A DNA stretch of 60,182 bases, taken from contig CALVYS010000004.1 of assembly GCA_944372355.1 (NCBI GenBank), positions 1-60,182 of the forward strand, in the 5' to 3' direction. The notes below the pieces were generated by a model. It searched no databases. It had not been told where the DNA came from and saw only the letters and a program-made list of their open reading frames with translations. Origin of the DNA: an uncultured Clostridia bacterium. Its GTDB lineage: Bacteria; Bacillota; Clostridia; Christensenellales; UBA1242. The translations under genes were made by a program, and so were the position numbers. Position 1 is the first letter of the stretch. Each line of letters starts with the position of its first letter. Of the stretch, positions 55,330 to 60,182 are shown one piece after another.

Positions 55330-56274
55330 CTAAATCAAAATAAAGCACAGTGCAATCAAAAGATAAGGTGCTACAAAAATATATGAATCTATTCGGTCAA
55401 GCATTCCACCATGGCCAGGCAAAATCTTTCCACTGTCCTTGACACCTGCCCTTCTTTTTAAGAAGGATTCGAAAATGTCGCCGGCTTGCGCTATGACAGA
55501 ACCGACAAGCACCACAATCAGCAGCTTCCAAATTTCAAGTGCAGAAAGTGCTGAACTGAAATAATCGATTGCATCTAAAATTAAGTATACACAAGCAGAC
55601 AAAAGAGTGGCCCACAAACTGCCGCCAATCGCGCCGGAAATTGTCTTATTTGGGCTGATTTTTGGGACTAGCTTTTTTCCACCAATCAGCATGCCAGTCA
55701 GCATTGCAAAGGAATCTGTGAGCATTGGAATCAAAAAGGCAAAGATGAGCGCGATAAGTGAAAGTTTGCCATTGAAGTTTGCGATGTTTTCCATGCCTAT
55801 TTCATCAATGTGGTTGATGAAGGTCATCGTCAAAAACAAGATGGTTGGATAAACTAGGCCTGCCATTGTGTGAAGTGCGCGTTTGAATGAAAATTTGGCA
55901 TTTGACATGTTTTTGATTTCACGAATGCGCATTTCATTATTGACAGATTTTTTTCTTATTAAATCGATTATAAATGAGACAAGACCATCCACGATCACAA
56001 GGCCAAGGTCGATTAAAAAGGTGTAGCCAAAGCCAAGGTCAAAATAAAGGCCTAAAAGCGTTGCTGTCACCACGAAAGCTGGAAAAGTCAGCACAACATA
56101 TGAATTGTTGAAAAGCCCAATTCTTGAAAGCAGTTTTGAAAATTCATATGCCGCAAAGCAAGCGACGATTGCAAAGAAAACGTCAAAAAAGTAAGGGCTG
56201 ATGTAAACCTTCAAAACGAACATCAGCGCAATGACAATCACGATTGCAAGTGAGGTTAAAAGCCTTTTTTTCAT
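55330..56274 (-). CDS. cdsA: Phosphatidate cytidylyltransferase
   Basis: Signature SFLKRRAGVKDSGKILPGHGGMLDRIDS. Confidence 0.93.
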   Translation of the reverse strand: MKKRLLTSLAIVIVIALMFVLKVYISPYFFDVFFAIVACFAAYEFSKLLSRIGLFNNSYVVLTFPAFVVTATLLGLYFDLGFGYTFLIDLGLVIVDGLVSFIIDLIRKKSVNNEMRIREIKNMSNAKFSFKRALHTMAGLVYPTILFLTMTFINHIDEIGMENIANFNGKLSLIALIFAFLIPMLTDSFAMLTGMLIGGKKLVPKISPNKTISGAIGGSLWATLLSACVYLILDAIDYFSSALSALEIWKLLIVVLVGSVIAQAGDIFESFLKRRAGVKDSGKILPGHGGMLDRIDSYIFVAPYLLIALCFILI

Positions 56275-56954
56275 TAGTTTCCTCCAAATCTCCTTGTGCG
56301 CTTTGAATATTCATCGAGCGCTTTTTTGAGATGTTTTTTGTCAAAATCTGGCCACAATAATTTTGGAAAGTAAAGTTCGGCATACGAAGCTTGCCACAAC
56401 ATGAAATTTGAAAGCCTGATCTCTCCACTGGTGCGGATTATAAAATCTGGATCAGGAAAGTCTTTGGTGTAAAGTGAAAGCGAGATGTCTTTTTCAGTCA
56501 CCTTCTTTTTGCCCTGAGCAATGAGTTTGTTGACAGCTTGAACAATGTCTTCCCTGCCACCATAATTTAAGCAGAATCCGGCAACCAATGTTTTGCAGTG
56601 AGCTGTGTTTTTTACAACATCGGCGATTGCTCGTTGAGCCGGCTTTGGAAATGGTGTCAGATCACCCAAGATTTCAACCTTGATGTCATGCTCTAAAAAG
56701 AAATCGAGGCCTTTTGAAAAATATTCATTAAAAAGACTCATAAGCCCGTCAACTTCGCTTGCCGAACGCTTCCAGTTTTCGGTTGAGAAGCAATAAAAAG
56801 ATGCATAGCCTATGCCCTCTTGGATCAAGGCTGCAAGGGTCCTTTTGATTGCCATCACGCCTTCGCGGTGGCCTGCTTGTTTTGGAAGCAAGCGTTTGGC
56901 TGCCCATCTGCGATTGCCGTCAACAATAAAGGCGATGTGTTTTGGTTTTGCCAT
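56274..56954 (-). CDS. uppS: Isoprenyl transferase (undecaprenyl diphosphate synthase)
   Basis: HIAFIVDGNRRWA, FSTENWKR and IRTSGE.RLSNFMLWQ. Confidence 0.96.
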   Translation of the reverse strand: MAKPKHIAFIVDGNRRWAAKRLLPKQAGHREGVMAIKRTLAALIQEGIGYASFYCFSTENWKRSASEVDGLMSLFNEYFSKGLDFFLEHDIKVEILGDLTPFPKPAQRAIADVVKNTAHCKTLVAGFCLNYGGREDIVQAVNKLIAQGKKKVTEKDISLSLYTKDFPDPDFIIRTSGEIRLSNFMLWQASYAELYFPKLLWPDFDKKHLKKALDEYSKRTRRFGGN

Positions 56955-56963
56955 AAAAGACTC

Positions 56964-57533
56964 CTAGATTTCAAGAATTTCTTTTTCTTTTGTGGCAAAG
57001 GAGGCGTCAACTTTAGCAATGTAGGAATCCAGCATTTTTTGAATGTCGGCTTCAAGAGAGGTTTGTTCGTCCTCGCTGATTTCTCCATTCTTTTTCATGT
57101 TTTTCACTTTGTCCATCGCATCGCGCCTTGCAGAACGCATTGTGACCTTTGTGTCTTCTGCGATTTTTTTGATTTGTTTGACGATTTCCTTTCTTCTTTC
57201 CTCGGTGAGCTGAGGGAACACCAGCCTGATCACTTTTCCGTCATCTGATGGAGTGATTCCTATGTCAGAAGCCGCGATCGCTTTGGAAACATTTTTCACT
57301 TGTGATGCGTCCCAAACGGTTATGCACAAAATCCTTGCCTCTTGCACGGAAATGTTTGCCATCTGTTTGATTTGGGTTGGCACGCCATAGTAATCGATGT
57401 TGATTTTGTCAAGAATGTGAGGGTTTGCTCTCCCTGCCCTGATCACCATATATTCATTTGTTTGATGATTGTGTGCTTTTTCAAGTTCTTCTTCAAACTC
57501 AAAGAAAAGCTCGTCGATGATTTCTTTTTCCAT
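56964..57533 (-). CDS. frr: Ribosome recycling factor
   Basis: IRAGRANPHILD and other characteristic RRF sequence; 189 aa. Confidence 0.96.
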   Translation of the reverse strand: MEKEIIDELFFEFEEELEKAHNHQTNEYMVIRAGRANPHILDKINIDYYGVPTQIKQMANISVQEARILCITVWDASQVKNVSKAIAASDIGITPSDDGKVIRLVFPQLTEERRKEIVKQIKKIAEDTKVTMRSARRDAMDKVKNMKKNGEISEDEQTSLEADIQKMLDSYIAKVDASFATKEKEILEI

Positions 57534-57553
57534 GATTTCTCCTATTAGTTAAA

Positions 57554-57582
57554 AGTATACAGGATTTGTGAATTTTTTCCAA
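57554..57582 (-). promoter_or_regulatory. SigA promoter of the frr-uppS-cdsA-rseP operon: TTGGAA-17-TATACT
   Basis: Read directly on the minus strand. Confidence 0.55.
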
Positions 57583-57593
57583 ATGAATATAAT

Positions 57594-57620
57594 AAAAAAG
57601 AGCTTAAAATTTAAGCTCTA
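57594..57620 (-). terminator. Rho-independent terminator of the 525-aa gene (the stop codon lies in the hairpin)
   Basis: The minus strand reads AGAGCTTAAA-t-TTTAAGCTCT followed by T6. Confidence 0.8.
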
Positions 57621-59188
57621 TTTACATAATGTGATAGAAGTTTTACATCATCTTCAAGTTGATTTGATGTTTCTTGCAATTCGCTTGCTGTTGAATAATC
57701 TCTTGCATGATTTGCAAAGAAGATTTTTTCGTCATAGGTTTCAAGTTCTTTTGCCCTTTGATTTCTTAAATCCAACGCGCAAGCCAAAATTTGACCTCTG
57801 CTTATGAAATATTGATCCTTTCGCGCTATTGCTTTTTCTGGACTGGCAAATTCAAGCTTGATTTCTGGAAAAGCACCTGCAAGTTCTGGGTGTGCGTTAA
57901 ACGCACGTTTAAGCTTGTAACAGGAATCATTTAGTAGATATCGGAATTTTACGTAGTGACCTGATTCTGTTGCCATTCTGGTTGCAAGTTTTCTTGCAGA
58001 TGAATTAATGCCTTTAAGCACGACGTCGTTGACATCACTTTTTTTCAAGCAAGTAAGAAGTACATCTGGGTGATAGGTGTTTTTGCTTATCTTTGCTTTG
58101 CGTTTGTATTCCTCAACCAATGGCCTAGCCTGATAGCAGGAGCGCATAATTGTCAAAGCTTTGAGCGTGTCAACGCTGAATCCAAAATTGCTGTGCAGAA
58201 ATGAAACAAGCTCCATGTGCTGGCCAACCTTTTCAGAAGAAGCGAGAGTTTGATAATTTTTCAATATACCTTTAAACTCCTCATCTAAAAAAGAAAAATT
58301 TATTTTGCTTTTTTTCAAATACGCCTCAATAATCATTCGCGCTTCTGATTCCGAACCTTTTGTTCTGTTGATTAAATCTTCTCCATACAAACCGGTTTTG
58401 TCTTCATCTAATTCTGAATTTTCAGAGGTTTTAACAGCCTTGTTTTTTCCTGTTTTTTGCGTTTGTTTTTTTGAAGCTGTTTGTCTTTTGTAAATAGGAT
58501 TTAAAATTGAATCAGGGTTGTTTAAAAGTTTTGTTTTAAAGTCTTGTTGCTGGTTGCGAGTCAATCCTTTCAACTGCGAGAAAAGTTGCACATAAAAATC
58601 CACATCACGGCTGTAAATTGTGTTGGAATTGAAAAGAATCTTCTTGACATCTTCTCGTGAATATTCTTGTAAAAGCACCTCATTGACAGCTTCCAAATCA
58701 TACTTTGTTGATGTATAGAAAAGCGGCCATTTAACACGATTGAATGATTTTAAAAACTCAGCAATCTCTTCTTTTGTAAGCACGCTGCTTAAAGCATTTG
58801 CCAGTTTTTCATACTTGTTTGGAGAGCAAATGATGTTGGAAGGAGTCTCTTTGAGAGTTTCCAAATATTCTTGGCCATAAATGGTTGTAAAAAAGTTGAT
58901 TGTTTTTGTGATGGTTTCAGCTTTTAATGCAAGCGGCGTGATGCTTTTTTTGACCATGTTTAAAACTTCTGGATAAGTGCCATACAATTCTTTTAAAGTT
59001 TTTACAACCTTTTCAACATTTGCTAGTTTTAATTGACTAAAAAGCACTGGTGCTTTTTGCACTATTTTTTCAATTTCACTTTCCGCTGTGTTTTCATTTA
59101 TATCCGCGCAATATACAAGAGATTTTAAATAATCAAAAACCTCAGAATTATAATATCTTGCTGGCATCAACAATTTGGCCATATTCAC
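57611..59188 (-). CDS. Hypothetical 525-aa all-helical tandem-repeat protein (mTERF-like repeat pattern)
   Basis: It has an SD (AGGGGGTG) and its own promoter and terminator. It contains at least 6 repeats of about 33 aa, each with a Pro-containing turn (KAPVLF, ITPLAL, ETPSNII, KWPLFY, NNPDSIL). A K/Q/T-rich linker follows, then more similar repeats. Confidence 0.7.
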   Translation of the reverse strand: MNMAKLLMPARYYNSEVFDYLKSLVYCADINENTAESEIEKIVQKAPVLFSQLKLANVEKVVKTLKELYGTYPEVLNMVKKSITPLALKAETITKTINFFTTIYGQEYLETLKETPSNIICSPNKYEKLANALSSVLTKEEIAEFLKSFNRVKWPLFYTSTKYDLEAVNEVLLQEYSREDVKKILFNSNTIYSRDVDFYVQLFSQLKGLTRNQQQDFKTKLLNNPDSILNPIYKRQTASKKQTQKTGKNKAVKTSENSELDEDKTGLYGEDLINRTKGSESEARMIIEAYLKKSKINFSFLDEEFKGILKNYQTLASSEKVGQHMELVSFLHSNFGFSVDTLKALTIMRSCYQARPLVEEYKRKAKISKNTYHPDVLLTCLKKSDVNDVVLKGINSSARKLATRMATESGHYVKFRYLLNDSCYKLKRAFNAHPELAGAFPEIKLEFASPEKAIARKDQYFISRGQILACALDLRNQRAKELETYDEKIFFANHARDYSTASELQETSNQLEDDVKLLSHYVNRA

Positions 59189-59203
59189 CCCCTAACAGAG
59201 AAT

Positions 59204-59232
59204 ATTATATGGCATTTTGGACGAATAGTCAA
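59204..59232 (-). promoter_or_regulatory. Consensus SigA promoter of the 525-aa gene: TTGACT-17-TATAAT
   Basis: Read directly on the minus strand. Confidence 0.75.
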
Positions 59233-59243
59233 TACCGAAATTT

Positions 59244-59272
59244 AAAAAAAAACTCCCATTTTGGGAGCTTTT
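59244..59272 (-). terminator. Rho-independent terminator after tsf
   Basis: The minus strand reads AAAAAAGCTCCCA-aaa-TGGGAGTT followed by T8. Confidence 0.85.
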
Positions 59273-59917
59273 TTATGACATTTGTTTTGCAACTTCTTCT
59301 GCAAGATTGTCTTGGCGTTTTTCCAATCCTTCGCCCATTTCATATCTTGTGAATCTGCGAACAGTGATCTTTTCGCCAATGGTTGCAGTTGCCTCTGTGA
59401 GCAATGCTTGAATGGTTTTTGATGGGTCTTTAACAAATTCTTGATCAAGCAAGCAGAAGTCTTTGTAGAATTTTACAACTCTTCCTTCAACCATCTTGTC
59501 GATGATGGCTGCTGGTTTGCCTTCATTTTTAGCTTGTGCGCGAAGAATTTCTTTTTCTTTTTCAAGCACATCTGCTGGAACTTCTTCGCGAGAAACATAT
59601 TTTGGATTTGCAGCAGCAATTTGCATTGCGATGTCCTTTACAAGTGACATGAAAGCATCAGTTCTTGCAACAAAGTCTGTTTCGCAGTTTACTTCAACAA
59701 GCACACCGATCTTTCCACCCATGTGAATGTAAGAACCAACCACACCCTCGGAAGCGATTCTGCCTTGTTTCTTTGAGGCAGCAGCGATGCCTTTTTCTCT
59801 GAGCCAAGTGGTGGCCTTTTCAAAGTCACCATTAGTTTCGGTGAGTGCTTTTTTGCAATCCATCATGCCGGCTCCGGTTCTTGCTCTAAGCTCGGCAACA
59901 TCTTTTGCTGTAAACAT
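59273..59917 (-). CDS. tsf: Elongation factor Ts (short form)
   Basis: UBA-like N-terminus [19 protein letters not shown]. Confidence 0.96.
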   Translation of the reverse strand: MFTAKDVAELRARTGAGMMDCKKALTETNGDFEKATTWLREKGIAAASKKQGRIASEGVVGSYIHMGGKIGVLVEVNCETDFVARTDAFMSLVKDIAMQIAAANPKYVSREEVPADVLEKEKEILRAQAKNEGKPAAIIDKMVEGRVVKFYKDFCLLDQEFVKDPSKTIQALLTEATATIGEKITVRRFTRYEMGEGLEKRQDNLAEEVAKQMS

Positions 59918-59918
59918 A

Positions 59919-60141
59919 TTATTCCTCTCCTTTTGGTTCAGATTTTTTTGTCGCTTTTTTTGTTGCAGGTTTTTCGGTTTTTGTTTCGCTTTTTTCAGCC
60001 TTTTTTGCTGGCTTTTCAGCTTTTGCCTCTTCTGCTTTCACTTCTTCGGCAGCTGGTTTTTCTTCCTTTGCCGCAGGTTTTTTGGCAGCAGGTTTTTTCT
60101 TGGCAACTTTCTTTTCCTTGTCTTCTGTCTGCGCCATTCTT
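59919..60141 (-). CDS. Lys/Ala/Glu/Pro-rich ORF fragment directly upstream of tsf (5' end lost); possibly the C-terminal tail of ribosomal protein S2, or a small separate basic protein
   Basis: The frame is open to the end of genuine sequence, and the tsf RBS is embedded in its last codons. The track's start at 60158 lies inside adapter sequence. Confidence 0.4.
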
Positions 60142-60182
60142 AGATCGGAAGAGCACACGTCTGAACTCCAGTCACGTAGAGA
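60142..60182. other. Illumina TruSeq adapter read-through (non-biological)
   Basis: Exact AGATCGGAAGAGCACACGTCTGAACTCCAGTCAC, followed by GTAGAG in the index slot and then A. Confidence 0.97.

Noticed and set aside
59919-60158. The track ORF start [10 protein letters not shown]....
   Set aside because: The first 6 codons are translated Illumina adapter sequence, not genome sequence.

Overview
This is a 60,182-nt contig piece from an endospore-forming Bacillota (Firmicutes) genome. It is AT-rich (about 40% GC by eye) and uses the standard bacterial code. All calls come from reading the sequence and the ORF track; no database search was possible. Coding density is high and almost every gene is core housekeeping or sporulation. 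The + strand block (1-24.6 kb) carries degV, an SDR, spoIIAA-spoIIAB-sigF, spoVAC-AD-AEB, yunB, T-box-controlled pheST, a NifZ-like desulfurase with thiI, argR-recN-spoIVB, and serS. An unbroken 35-kb - strand block follows: rny, tgt-queA-GNAT-ruvBA, ruvC, yebC, trmH-rplT-rpmI-infC, proS-xseBA-nusB-asp23, spoIIIAA-AH, efp, truB-nrnA-rbfA-infB-ylxQ-ylxR-nusA-rimP, rseP-cdsA-uppS-frr, and tsf. There is one tRNA-Pro(CGG). I saw no rRNA, CRISPR array, transposase or prophage genes, and no recognisable defence system. Eight observations go beyond routine annotation. (1) A stand-alone 525-aa helical-repeat (mTERF-like) gene sits where pyrH normally lies between tsf and frr. (2) A 510-aa PolC-derived N-terminal/OB/exonuclease-only gene sits at the polC locus and is driven by a promoter inside rseP. 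(3) Seven genes lack a Shine-Dalgarno sequence and carry a -10 box exactly 6-7 nt upstream of the ATG, making them leaderless mRNA candidates. (4) A family of AT-rich palindromic intergenic repeats (TATTATG..CATAATA) occurs at 9 sites. (5) The serS-linked locus contains an unknown, possibly degenerate nucleotidyltransferase-like ORF, nested hairpins and direct repeats, and a membrane-tethered PadR-type regulator. (6) Gene orientation switches convergently at 24.6 kb, with an 11-7-11 palindrome at the junction and a Xer-type recombinase 4 kb away, which suggests a possible replication terminus. (7) Two genes appear to start at ATT (infC and a small membrane protein). (8) Illumina adapter sequence is fused to the 3' end of the window.
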